Below, one piece after another: positions 48,134-57,546 of a stretch of 64,000 nt of DNA (position 1 is its first letter; each line of letters starts with the position of its first letter). The stretch covers positions 1,376,001-1,440,000 of the forward strand of contig OZ241841.1 in the NCBI GenBank assembly GCA_965202665.1, written 5' to 3'. Under the pieces are notes generated by a model, which made no database searches, had not been told where the DNA came from, and was given only the letters and a program-made list of their open reading frames with translations. The translations under genes and the position numbers were made by a program. Source of the stretch: Candidatus Spongiisociaceae bacterium. GTDB taxonomy: Bacteria > Actinomycetota > Acidimicrobiia > Spongiisociales > Spongiisociaceae.

Positions 48134-48610
48134 ATGATGGTAAGCGTCCCTGGGTATCGGCGGGTAAGACGCCCTAAGGACAAGTCCAATCTATTGGACC
48201 GTCTCACTAAATCCGAGAATCGGGCAAACAGCCCATTCGATAGCTACCGTGACGTTATTATATTCTGCGCGGCCCTTGGTTGGTGGCGGAAGAGGAGGGT
48301 CTCGTTTGATAGTTCTGATGAACCTATACGTTGGGAGACTATGACCAGTTTGCCTGGAGCCGAAATGTTGGTAAATATGTTGGCAGTTAGCCAAACGGAC
48401 GATCCTACTATTTTACTGGATGAACGTTTTGATGATAGAATAGTAATATTTGAGGAGTACGCAAATGGTGGCCTTGAAGTACTACGCGAATCGCTTGATC
48501 GATCACCTAAACCGGCGGTAGATGTTTTAAGAGATTTTGTAATGCAGGCCGATATTGATGTCGATATAAATATTGCTCCAATAGATCTCACCAACATAGA
48601 GCCCGATTGA
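48134..48610 (+). CDS. DNA phosphorothioation-associated protein 4 (PbeD-like)
   Basis: PFDSYRDVIIFCAALG, IFEEYANGGLEVL. Confidence 0.75.
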   Translation: MMVSVPGYRRVRRPKDKSNLLDRLTKSENRANSPFDSYRDVIIFCAALGWWRKRRVSFDSSDEPIRWETMTSLPGAEMLVNMLAVSQTDDPTILLDERFDDRIVIFEEYANGGLEVLRESLDRSPKPAVDVLRDFVMQADIDVDINIAPIDLTNIEPD

Positions 48611-48646
48611 TAGCAATTTTTATACTTACCTTAGTGAGGATATCTG

Positions 48647-49345
48647 ATGAGCGATAGGCGGAGGGCTTTGGTTACCGGGTCGGCTCGGGGGATTGGGCGG
48701 GCTATCGCCGAGCGGTTGCGGGGGGACGGGTTGCGGGTTACGGGGGTGGATGTTCTTCCCCACGAGGGGGAGGTGGATGAGGCTGTGCAGGTTGATTTGG
48801 CGGATGCCGAGGCCTGTCAGCGGACGGCGGCCGGGGCGGGGGCGGTGGATGTTTTGGTCAACTGCGCCGCCCTGTTCATCCACAAGCCGATCGCCGACTT
48901 CACCGTGGAAGAATTCGACCGCACGGTGGCCGTCAACTTGCGGGCCATGTTCCTGCTGTCCCGGGACCTGGTGGGGGGGATGGCGGAACGGGGGTGGGGG
49001 CGCATCGTCAACGTGTCCAGCATCGGGGCCCGCACCGGCGGGGTGTCGCAGTCGGCGGTGTACAACGCCACCAAGGCGGGCATCGTCTCGCTTACCAAAA
49101 ACTTCGCCCGCAACTACGGCTGGCGGGGGGTGACCGCCAACGCGGTGCTGCCCGGATACGTCCACAGCCATATGACCTCTCACATCACTGAAGAGGAAAA
49201 CGCGGCCTACATGTCCCAGATACCGCTGGGGCGGGGGGCGCAACCCGGCGAGATCGCCGACGTGGTCGGTTTCCTCGCCTCGGACGAGGCCGGTTACATG
49301 ACCGGGGCGTCGGTGGATGTCAACGGCGGCTGGGTGATGACCTGA
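48647..49345 (+). CDS. SDR-family oxidoreductase
   Basis: TGSARGIG, NVSS, YNATK, DVNGG. Confidence 0.92.
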   Translation: MSDRRRALVTGSARGIGRAIAERLRGDGLRVTGVDVLPHEGEVDEAVQVDLADAEACQRTAAGAGAVDVLVNCAALFIHKPIADFTVEEFDRTVAVNLRAMFLLSRDLVGGMAERGWGRIVNVSSIGARTGGVSQSAVYNATKAGIVSLTKNFARNYGWRGVTANAVLPGYVHSHMTSHITEEENAAYMSQIPLGRGAQPGEIADVVGFLASDEAGYMTGASVDVNGGWVMT

Positions 49346-49446
49346 CCGGCCGGGCGCGGTTGGGCCCCGCCTCCGACTGCGGCCGGTTCTGGTAGCGTCC
49401 CAGTCGCAGGAGAACTTTCCGCCGCTCAACCTTAGGGAGTCGTCAG

Positions 49447-49665
49447 ATGGGTAAAAGGAAAACTGGGAAACTGCCCGCCACCCGCGAGCAGGCCAAGCAC
49501 GCCCGGCGGCTGGTGGAGCAGGCCGGCGGATCCCGGCGCAAGGCCAGAAAGGCGGCTTCCAAAGTGGAGGGCATGAACCAACGCAAGGCCGGCAAGTTCA
49601 TCGGCCGGTTGAACGACCGGGCCGAGGTTGACTTGGACGGGAGCAAAACCGACATCGAATTTTAG
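49447..49665 (+). CDS. Small basic hypothetical protein
   Basis: 72-aa ORF filling an intergenic gap, with GGGAG RBS. Confidence 0.55.
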   Translation: MGKRKTGKLPATREQAKHARRLVEQAGGSRRKARKAASKVEGMNQRKAGKFIGRLNDRAEVDLDGSKTDIEF

Positions 49666-49686
49666 GGGGTGCTCCGGCCTGGCGGT

Positions 49687-50484
49687 TTAGTAGCCGGATT
49701 CTCCCTGTTCCAAAGGGGCGGCCCCGTCGGATACCAGGGCCCGGGCTTCGTTGGCCGCTTTTGCCAGGGCGGAACGCAAAGTGGTCAGGTCGGAGATGGG
49801 GGTGACCATACGGAACCCCCTGCCTAGCCGGTCCTCCGCCATGTTGGGGGTGGCCTGGATGCCTGGAACCACCCCGCGCCGTTGGCACCCTTCCGCGATT
49901 TTCGCCAGGGCCTCCAGCAGGTCCGGGTGCTCGCTGCCGGGGGGATGTCCCAGGGAAATGGCAAGATCGGAGGGGCCCACGTAGATGGCGTCCACCCCCG
50001 GCACGGACAGGATGCCGTCCAAATCGTCCAAGGCGGCCACCGTTTCCACCATCGGGATGCACATCACGTCCCGGTTGGCCCGTTCAAAATAGTCCGCCCC
50101 TTCCACCGGTCCCGCCCGGGTGGGCCCGTAACTGCGGTGGCCCTCCGGGGGGTAGCGGCAGGAAGCGACCGCTTCCGCCGCCTCTTCGGCCGAATTCACC
50201 AGCGGCACGATCACCGCCATCGCCCCCGCGTCCAAGGCGGTGGAAATGGCCGGGGGGGTGTTGGCCTCCACCCGCACCACCGGGGTGGGCCCGCGGTTGG
50301 AGATGGCGACCAGCATGGCCACCATGTCGGAAAACCCGACCGGGCCGTGCTGGCGGTCGATGCACACGTAGTCCAGCCCCAGGCCGGCCATGGCTTCGGC
50401 GGCGATCACGGAAGGGATGGAAGCCCACCCTCCCAGGGCGATGCCGCCCGACGAACATTTTTCGAGAAGTGGATTAGGTCGCAT
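49687..50484 (-). CDS. HpcH/HpaI aldolase family protein
   Basis: IDRQHG, ALDAGA, RYPPEGHRSYG, MVET, YVGPSDL. Confidence 0.88.
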   Translation of the reverse strand: MRPNPLLEKCSSGGIALGGWASIPSVIAAEAMAGLGLDYVCIDRQHGPVGFSDMVAMLVAISNRGPTPVVRVEANTPPAISTALDAGAMAVIVPLVNSAEEAAEAVASCRYPPEGHRSYGPTRAGPVEGADYFERANRDVMCIPMVETVAALDDLDGILSVPGVDAIYVGPSDLAISLGHPPGSEHPDLLEALAKIAEGCQRRGVVPGIQATPNMAEDRLGRGFRMVTPISDLTTLRSALAKAANEARALVSDGAAPLEQGESGY

Positions 50485-50489
50485 GCCCC

Positions 50490-51728
50490 CTACTCTACCG
50501 GGTTCCCGCCCGGGGCGGTGACTCCCGCCTCCTCCAAGCGGTCCAGTTCCCGTTCGCCCAAGCCCAGCAGTTCGCCCAGCACCGCCCGGGTGTCCGCTCC
50601 CAAAAGCGGTGCGGGGGCGGCGGGCGGGCGGGGGACGCCCGAAAAGTCCAGGGGGGAGGCGGGGGACGGGAATTCCCCCGCGCCGGGTTGGTCCACCATG
50701 CTCCACAGCGGGTTGCGTTGCGGGTCCAGGCGGGGATCTTCCTCCGCCAGTTGGCGGACGGTGCGGTACGCCCCCCAGCACGCCCGGAGCCGGTCCAAGA
50801 CGGGGGCCGCCTCCTCCAAAGTGCGGGCCGCGAACCAGGGGGCGAGCAACTCCGTGATTTTTTCCCGGGCCGCGAAGCGGGCCCCTTCCTCCCGCAAATC
50901 CGTCCCCAGCTCCTCCTGCAGTTTTTCCATCGCCGGGCCGGTTTCGGTGGCCGCAACCAGGGCCGACCACTGCCGGGGGGTGAGGGCGACCACCATCACC
51001 CGCCTCCCGTCGGCGGTGGGAAAATCTTTGCCGTAGGAGCCGAACAGGTAGTTGCCGAAGGCGGGGCGGTCCCGGCCGGCGGCGGTCGCCTCCCCGATTT
51101 GCCCCAGATGGGCCGCTACCGCGAAGGCCGCGTCGGCCAAGGAAAATTCCACCAGCGTCCCCTCCCCGGTGCGCAACCGCCGCCGCTCGGCGGCCAGCAC
51201 CGCGGTCGCCATCATATTGCCCGCGATCACATCCCAGGCGGGCAGCACGTGATTGACCGGCCCGCTTCCGTCGCCGGTGAGGGCCGGGTAGCCGGCGGCG
51301 GCGTTTATGGTGTAATCGACGGCGATGGAGCCGTCCGGATTGCCGGACAGGGCCGCCATTATCAGGTCGGCCCGATCCTGCGCCAAACTCCGGTAGTCCA
51401 GCCAGCGGGGGGACAGGTTGGTGATGAAAATCCCGGCGTCGGCTCCCGGGGCGGTAATCAGGCTGCGGATGAGGCGGCGGCCCTCCTGCGCGGCGGGGTC
51501 GATGGCCACCGACCGCTTCCCCTTGTTCAAGCCCGCCCAGTAGAGGCTGGTCCCGTCGTCGGCGACCGGCCAGCGCCGGAAATCCAAACCTCCCCCCGGC
51601 GGGTCGATTCGGATCACCTCCGCCCCCAGTTGGGCCAAGGTCATTCCCCCCAGCGGGGCGGCCACGAAGGCCGAAATTTCCACCACCCGCATTCCGTCCA
51701 AGATGCCCGGTTTTCCCTGCGCCGCCAT
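50490..51728 (-). CDS. Class III CoA-transferase, mesaconyl-CoA C1-C4 isomerase (Mct)-like
   Basis: VVEISAFVAAPLGGMTLAQLGAEVIR, GGGLDFRRWP, AVDYTIN, PVNHVLPAWD. Confidence 0.8.
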   Translation of the reverse strand: MAAQGKPGILDGMRVVEISAFVAAPLGGMTLAQLGAEVIRIDPPGGGLDFRRWPVADDGTSLYWAGLNKGKRSVAIDPAAQEGRRLIRSLITAPGADAGIFITNLSPRWLDYRSLAQDRADLIMAALSGNPDGSIAVDYTINAAAGYPALTGDGSGPVNHVLPAWDVIAGNMMATAVLAAERRRLRTGEGTLVEFSLADAAFAVAAHLGQIGEATAAGRDRPAFGNYLFGSYGKDFPTADGRRVMVVALTPRQWSALVAATETGPAMEKLQEELGTDLREEGARFAAREKITELLAPWFAARTLEEAAPVLDRLRACWGAYRTVRQLAEEDPRLDPQRNPLWSMVDQPGAGEFPSPASPLDFSGVPRPPAAPAPLLGADTRAVLGELLGLGERELDRLEEAGVTAPGGNPVE

Positions 51729-51784
51729 CGTTCCCATATTACGCCCGGCGCTCCGGCTACCCTGCAAGACGGAGAGGAGGACGC

Positions 51785-52156
51785 ATGCCCGAGATTCTGA
51801 GCGAAGGCAGGTTCGACCCGGCCGAGTTCGCCGCCGAGTTGGCGGCCGCCCCCGCCAACCATCACATCGGCAGCCGCCTGATTTTTGAAAATGAACGGGT
51901 TCGGGTGTGGGAAGTGCGGCTCCAACCGGGGGAAAGAGTGTCTTTTCACATCCACGACCAGCCCTATTTTTGGACGGTGGCGGACGCCGGCGTGGGCCGG
52001 CAACGGACCGCCGACGGCGAATACGTCGTGCGCCGCTACGAGACGGGGGACACCTGGTTCGGGGATTTTTCCCCGGCGGCGGCCATGATTCACGACTTTG
52101 AAAACTTCGGCGAGGGGGAGATGAGGTTCATAACCGTTGAGTTGCCCGACCGATAG
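51785..52156 (+). CDS. Cupin-domain protein
   Basis: FENERVRVWE, FHIHDQPYFW, HDFEN...FITVE. Confidence 0.8.
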   Translation: MPEILSEGRFDPAEFAAELAAAPANHHIGSRLIFENERVRVWEVRLQPGERVSFHIHDQPYFWTVADAGVGRQRTADGEYVVRRYETGDTWFGDFSPAAAMIHDFENFGEGEMRFITVELPDR

Positions 52157-52177
52157 CGAACCGCGGGACGGGCGGCG

Positions 52178-53746
52178 GTGAGCGGCCGCGCCGCGGCGGA
52201 GGCGATGAGGGGGCTGGCCGAGGCGGGAACCGAATTGCTCACCGGGATGCCCGGGGGCGACAACCTGCCCAAAATCAAGGCGGGGCGGGAATTGGGGATG
52301 CGCTACGTCCTCGCCCACGGGGAAACGGCGGCCTGCATCATGGGGGCCGCCTACGGCCGGTTGGCCGAGTCGACGGCGGCGGCCCTGGTCACCCTGGGTC
52401 CGGGGGCGGCTTCGGCGGTCAACGGCCTGGCCTGCGCCACCCTGGACCGGCTTCCGCTGGTTCTGATCAGCGAAACGATTCCGTCTTCCCGCCGGGCCTG
52501 GGCCGCCCACCAGCGTTTGGACCAGATCGCCCTCACCCGTCCGGTAGCCAAATGGAGCGGGACCGTCGGCGCCGAACATCACGCCGACACCGCCGGGGCG
52601 GCCGCCCGTCTGGCCCGGTCCGGTCCGATGGGGGCCGTCCATCTCGATTTCGACCCGTCCCAGCCCGGCGATCCCCCGCCTCCCCTCCCGCCCCCGGCCA
52701 TCCCCGACCCGGACCGGATGGCGGCCGCCCGCCGTTTGGCGGCCGGGGCGTCCCGTCCGGTGTTCCTGGTGGGGGCGGAGGCCGTTCCCTGGGCGGGGAG
52801 GGTGCGGTCGGCGGTGGAAAGCCTGGGGGCTCCGGCTTTGGTTTCCTACCAGGCCAAAGGGGTGATACCCGACCATTCCCCCAGTTACGGGGGCGTGTTC
52901 ACCAACTCTTCCATAGAACGGCCGCTGGTGGAATCCGCCGACCTGATTGCGGTCGTAGGGCTGGACGCGGTGGAGCCGCTGCCCCGCCCCTGGCCTTATC
53001 AAGCCCCGGCGTTGCGGTTGCATCCTTGGCCGGCCGCCGACCGGTTTTTCCCGGCGGAGGCGGAAGTGACCGGGCCGCTGGACGCGGTGTTGGACGGGTT
53101 GGAAGGGTCGTGGCGCAACCAGCGGCCGCCCGCCGCCGGCCGGGAACACAACCTGCGGGCGCTGGAGGCGCTGCGGGCGGACGGGCCGGGATTCACCCCC
53201 GGTCAGTTGCTGGAGGCGGTGTTGGAGGCGGGGCCGGACGACCCGTTGCTGACGGTGGACGCCGGGGCTCATTTTCTGGTGGTGATGCCGTCCGCCCCCG
53301 CCCGCCGCCCGCTGGACATCCTGATTTCCAACGGGTTGGCCACCATGGGCTTCGCCCTGCCGGCCGCGCTGGGGGCGGCCCTGGCCCGTCCCGGACGGCC
53401 GGTGATGGCCATGACCGGGGACGGCGGGATGGGGATGACTTTGGCCGAATTGGAAACCCTGGCCCGCCTGCGCCTGGACGTGACGGTGGTGGTGTGGAAC
53501 GATTCCGCCCTCAGCCTGATCGGGTTGAAAGGGGACGGGTTGGAAGACCGAGACTCCCCGATTCATTATCAGCCGATTGATTTCGCGGCCGCCGCCCGCG
53601 CCTTGGGAATACCCGCATATACGGCGGTCAACGGTGAAGAGGCGCGCCGGGCCTTGTCCGCCCCGCCCCGCCGGGGGCCGCGCCTCATCGACGCCCGCAT
53701 CCATCCCGGCTCCTACCCCCGCATCATCCAAACCCTGCGCGGTTAG
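52178..53746 (+). CDS. Thiamine-diphosphate-dependent enzyme (acetolactate-synthase-like)
   Basis: LGPGAAS, HQRLDQ, TMGFALPAALG, GDGG...WND. Confidence 0.85.
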   Translation: MSGRAAAEAMRGLAEAGTELLTGMPGGDNLPKIKAGRELGMRYVLAHGETAACIMGAAYGRLAESTAAALVTLGPGAASAVNGLACATLDRLPLVLISETIPSSRRAWAAHQRLDQIALTRPVAKWSGTVGAEHHADTAGAAARLARSGPMGAVHLDFDPSQPGDPPPPLPPPAIPDPDRMAAARRLAAGASRPVFLVGAEAVPWAGRVRSAVESLGAPALVSYQAKGVIPDHSPSYGGVFTNSSIERPLVESADLIAVVGLDAVEPLPRPWPYQAPALRLHPWPAADRFFPAEAEVTGPLDAVLDGLEGSWRNQRPPAAGREHNLRALEALRADGPGFTPGQLLEAVLEAGPDDPLLTVDAGAHFLVVMPSAPARRPLDILISNGLATMGFALPAALGAALARPGRPVMAMTGDGGMGMTLAELETLARLRLDVTVVVWNDSALSLIGLKGDGLEDRDSPIHYQPIDFAAAARALGIPAYTAVNGEEARRALSAPPRRGPRLIDARIHPGSYPRIIQTLRG

Positions 53747-53822
53747 CGCCGCTCAGCTGGGAACGCGGACCGCGGCCGAACCTTCATTCATATTCGCCGG
53801 ATGCCCTGCGGCGGGGGGATGG

Positions 53823-55262
53823 TCAGTTCCACAGGGCGGTCAGCAGGTCCAGGCAACCGTTTACCAGGATGGCTTCCGACTCGGGGGCCACCTGCTCCAC
53901 CAGGCCGTAGGAATGGTGGGCGTAGTCGCATTCGTAGCCCCCGTACGGATACTCGTCGGCGGTGGGCAGATAGGACAGCACCCCGTTGGCGTAACCGGCG
54001 AACAGGGTGGTCTCCGCCGGGGAACGGCTTTTGATTTGCCGGGCGATGCCGCTGAACACCTCTCCGGGAACGGCGGCGACGCCGATGTCGCCGATGCGGA
54101 AAGCCTGAATGAAGGCGGGGACCGCCGGGGCGTCCCATCCGTCCCGCAACTGGCGCAAAGCCTCCTCCGCCCAGTTCACGTGATATTCCAGCGGGTTGAG
54201 CCGCTCCCTTCCCAACCCGGCCTCCTCCGCCTCCGCCAAAGCCGCCCGGTAGCCGTCCAGTTCACCTTCCACTTCGGCGACGGTGGGGATTTTCTTCAAC
54301 GGCAGCATCACTTCCCGTCCGGCGGCGGCCAGCTGCTGAGGGGGCGGGTGGGGCGTCCGGCGCCGCCGGTAGAGGGAAATGGGCGTCACCGACCCGTAGC
54401 CCGCTTTCTCAACCGTGGTGGGATGGGTTTCGATGTCGGCCGCGGTGTGGACGGCCTCCAGCGCCAGCCGCTCCCCGAAGGCGTCTTCCGGGCCGGGATG
54501 GTCGAAAAAACCTTCCAGGGGCAGCACATCGCCCCCCGCTCCCTGCAGAAACAGGGCCACGGCGCCGGAATCTTGGTAGAAATCTTCCATCGCGTCCCGC
54601 ATCGGGCCGGGGAAGTCGGCGTTTACCGCCGGGTCTTCGGGGCCGACCACCACCGGATGGCAGGCGAAGTTGACCGCCACCGCCAACGGGGTCCCGTCCG
54701 GGCGGTCCAGCCGCAACACCCCCACTTCCCGGTCCCAGTCCTTGTCCGGGTTCCAGCCCAGGATGGTGCGCCCGTCCGCCGCCCGCTCCCGGCGGTTCAC
54801 CCCCAGCTCCAGCCAACCCGACCCGGCCCCGGCTCGCGCCGGTTCCAAACGCCCCGCCGCCTCCGCCGCCGCCGCGACGATCCGCTCCGGCAGAGAATCG
54901 ATGAAATCCAACTCGTTGGCGGACAAGCCCCGTTGGTCGCCTCCGATTTTCACCCCGCCCCGGTGCGACTGCGGGCCGCCGTGTGTGTGGCTGACGTTCA
55001 GCATCACGCATTCCGGCCCGGTTCCGATCGCCTCCGCCGTCTTCTTCCGCAGTTGGTCGGCCTGCGCCGGGCGCAAAGCCAAAATGTCCAAGGCGATGAT
55101 CGCCAGACGGGTGCGTCCGTCGTCCAAAACCAGGGCCCCCGCCGTCAGCCGATGGCGCACCCCGTCGGCCGGGTCGCACCGCCGGGAATAGCCGACCAGG
55201 TCGATCGGCGTGCGGGGGGTGATGTCCAAGCGGGCCGCTCCCGCCTGCAACTGTTCGGCCAT
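53823..55262 (-). CDS. Neutral/alkaline-ceramidase-like hydrolase
   Basis: DITP, SHTHGGP, NFACHP, QGAGGD, PGEVF, GYANG...YLP. Confidence 0.72.
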   Translation of the reverse strand: MAEQLQAGAARLDITPRTPIDLVGYSRRCDPADGVRHRLTAGALVLDDGRTRLAIIALDILALRPAQADQLRKKTAEAIGTGPECVMLNVSHTHGGPQSHRGGVKIGGDQRGLSANELDFIDSLPERIVAAAAEAAGRLEPARAGAGSGWLELGVNRRERAADGRTILGWNPDKDWDREVGVLRLDRPDGTPLAVAVNFACHPVVVGPEDPAVNADFPGPMRDAMEDFYQDSGAVALFLQGAGGDVLPLEGFFDHPGPEDAFGERLALEAVHTAADIETHPTTVEKAGYGSVTPISLYRRRRTPHPPPQQLAAAGREVMLPLKKIPTVAEVEGELDGYRAALAEAEEAGLGRERLNPLEYHVNWAEEALRQLRDGWDAPAVPAFIQAFRIGDIGVAAVPGEVFSGIARQIKSRSPAETTLFAGYANGVLSYLPTADEYPYGGYECDYAHHSYGLVEQVAPESEAILVNGCLDLLTALWN

Positions 55263-55335
55263 GTCCGTCGTCCTTTCCCGCGCGTCCCGTTCGTCCGCCG
55301 GTCATTATGGCAAACCCTCGCCCGGCCCGCCCTTT

Positions 55336-55370
55336 TTGCATATATATTCACCATCAAGTATAATAATGCA
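55336..55370 (+). promoter_or_regulatory. arg operon promoter with two tandem ARG boxes
   Basis: TTGCAT, N17, TATAAT; TGCATATATATTCA (55337-50) and AGTATAATAATGCA (55357-70) resemble ArgR boxes. Confidence 0.78.
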
Positions 55371-55372
55371 TC

Positions 55373-56392
55373 ATGAGCATCGCCGTCGCCGTCTTGGGCG
55401 CCTCCGGTTACGCCGGGGGGGAACTGGTTCGCCTGCTGGACGCCCATCCCCGTTTCGAAGTGGTCCATTTGGGGGCGCACGCCCGCGCCGGGGAGCGGCT
55501 GGCGGACGTCCAACCCCACCTGCCGGGCGGGGAGCGGACGCTGGGCGGAATAGCGGCGGAAAGCCTGCCCGGCCTGCGGGCCGCTTTCCTGGCCCTGCCG
55601 CACGGCCGGTCCTGGAAGATCGGACTGCAGCTGGCCGAGGCGGGGATCGCCGTGTTCGACCTGGGAAGCGACTTTCGAATGGACCACCCCCAACGTTACC
55701 GGCGGGCCTACGGGGAGCCGCATCCGGCGCCCGCCGAGTTGGGGGAATGGATATACGGACTGCCGGAGTTGTTCGGCGGGGATTTGCCGGGGGCGTCCCG
55801 GGTGGCGGTCCCGGGCTGTTATCCGACCGGGGCTTTGCTGGCTTTGGCGCCGCTGGCCGCGGCCGGGGCCATCGCCGGCCCCATCGTGGTGGACGCCATG
55901 TCCGGGGCGACCGGGGCGGGGCGGGCCGTCCGGGCCGACCTGGCTTTCGGAGCGGTGGCGGAAGGGGTGAAAGCCTACGGGGTGGCCTCCCACCGCCATC
56001 GGCCCGAAATAGAAATGGGGTTGGAAAAAGCCGCCGCCGGAGCTCCCAAAGTGCAGTTCACCCCCCATTTGGTTCCCATGCAACGGGGGTTGCTTTCCAC
56101 CTGCTCGGCCGCGCTCACCGGAGATGGGGATGCGCAGCGGATTCTGTCCGAGGCCTACGCCGACTGCCCGTTTGCGGAAGTCATCGACCGCCAGCCGGAA
56201 ACCCGGTGGGTGGTCGGTTCCAATCGGGCCCTGATCCGCGCCGTCCCGGATGAGGACTGCGGGCGGGTGATAGTGACTTCGGCCATCGACAACCTGGTCA
56301 AAGGAGCGGCCGGGCAGGCCGTGCAGTGCGCCAACCTGGCTTTCGGCCTCCCCGAAACCGCCGGGCTGACCGCCGCCGGGTGGCTGCCGTGA
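55373..56392 (+). CDS. argC: N-acetyl-gamma-glutamyl-phosphate reductase
   Basis: GASGYAGGE, YGLPEL, PGCYPT, HRHRPEI, IDNLVKGAAGQA. Confidence 0.95.
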   Translation: MSIAVAVLGASGYAGGELVRLLDAHPRFEVVHLGAHARAGERLADVQPHLPGGERTLGGIAAESLPGLRAAFLALPHGRSWKIGLQLAEAGIAVFDLGSDFRMDHPQRYRRAYGEPHPAPAELGEWIYGLPELFGGDLPGASRVAVPGCYPTGALLALAPLAAAGAIAGPIVVDAMSGATGAGRAVRADLAFGAVAEGVKAYGVASHRHRPEIEMGLEKAAAGAPKVQFTPHLVPMQRGLLSTCSAALTGDGDAQRILSEAYADCPFAEVIDRQPETRWVVGSNRALIRAVPDEDCGRVIVTSAIDNLVKGAAGQAVQCANLAFGLPETAGLTAAGWLP

Positions 56393-57546
56393 GCGTGGTC
56401 GCCGCCCGCGGTTTCACCGCCGCCGGTTTGCACTGCGGGGTGAAAGCGGACGGAGTCCCCGATTTGGCCTTGGTGAAATGCGATGTCCCGGCGGCGGCGG
56501 CGGCCGTGTTCACCACCTCCTCCACCGCCTCCCCGGTGGTGGAAATGGGAAGGCGGGCCGTCGCCGACGGGACCCTGCGGGCGGTGGCGGCGGTGTCCGG
56601 ATGCGCCAACGCCGGGGTGGGCCGGCCGGGACGGGAAGCCGCCGAACGGGTGGCGGAGGAGGCCGCCCGGCTGTTGGGCGCGGGCCCGGAGGATGTTTTG
56701 CTGTCCGCCACCGGCCCCATCGGAACGTTGCTGCCCGACGACTTGGTGCGGGCCGGTTTGGAACGGGCCGTTCCCCGGTTGAGCGGCGACCCGGCGGGCG
56801 GGGACGCGGCGGCGGCCGCCATCCTCACCACCGACGCCCGGGCCAAGCAAATCCGGCGGCGGGGGGGAGGATACCAGTTGGGGGGCATGGCCAAAGGGGC
56901 GGGGATGGTGCGGCCCGACATGGCCACCATGCTGGCCTATCTGACCACCGACGCCCAAGTCCCCGCCGGGCAGCTCCGGGAGGCCTTGGCGGAGGCGGTG
57001 GAAGTTTCTTTCAACAGCCTCAACATCGACGGCTGTCAATCCACCAACGACACGGTTGCGGTTTTGGCCTCCGGGCTTTCCGGCGTAAAACCCCGCCCGG
57101 ACGAATTCGCCGCCCTGCTGGCCGACGCCTGCCAAGACCTGGCCCGGCAGATGGCCGACGACGCGGAAGGGGCCACCCGGGCGGTGACGCTCAAAGTAGC
57201 CGGGGCGGCCGATGACGGCGAAGCCCGGCGCATCGGGCGCATCGTGGCCGACTCGGCCCTGGTGCGCACCTCTTTCTACGGCGGCGACCCCAACTGGGGG
57301 AGGTTGCTGGCGGCGGCCGGCGTCGCCGGTTGCGACATAAGCCCCGACCAGGTTTCCATCTCCTACGCCGGGGTGGAAACGGCCCGCAACGGCGTCGCCG
57401 TTCCCTACGACGAGGAAGATCTGTTCCGCAAACTGGAAGGGGATTTCACGGTGGAGATGACGGTGGGGGACGGGCCGGGCCGGGCGGTAATCCTCACCAA
57501 CGACCTAACCCCCGAATACGCCGTTTTCAACGGGGAACGCAGCTGA
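56389..57546 (+). CDS. argJ: Ornithine acetyltransferase
   Basis: AILTTD, AKGAGM..PDMATML, DGCQSTNDT, DAEGAT, DPNWGR. Confidence 0.95.
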   Translation: MSVVAARGFTAAGLHCGVKADGVPDLALVKCDVPAAAAAVFTTSSTASPVVEMGRRAVADGTLRAVAAVSGCANAGVGRPGREAAERVAEEAARLLGAGPEDVLLSATGPIGTLLPDDLVRAGLERAVPRLSGDPAGGDAAAAAILTTDARAKQIRRRGGGYQLGGMAKGAGMVRPDMATMLAYLTTDAQVPAGQLREALAEAVEVSFNSLNIDGCQSTNDTVAVLASGLSGVKPRPDEFAALLADACQDLARQMADDAEGATRAVTLKVAGAADDGEARRIGRIVADSALVRTSFYGGDPNWGRLLAAAGVAGCDISPDQVSISYAGVETARNGVAVPYDEEDLFRKLEGDFTVEMTVGDGPGRAVILTNDLTPEYAVFNGERS

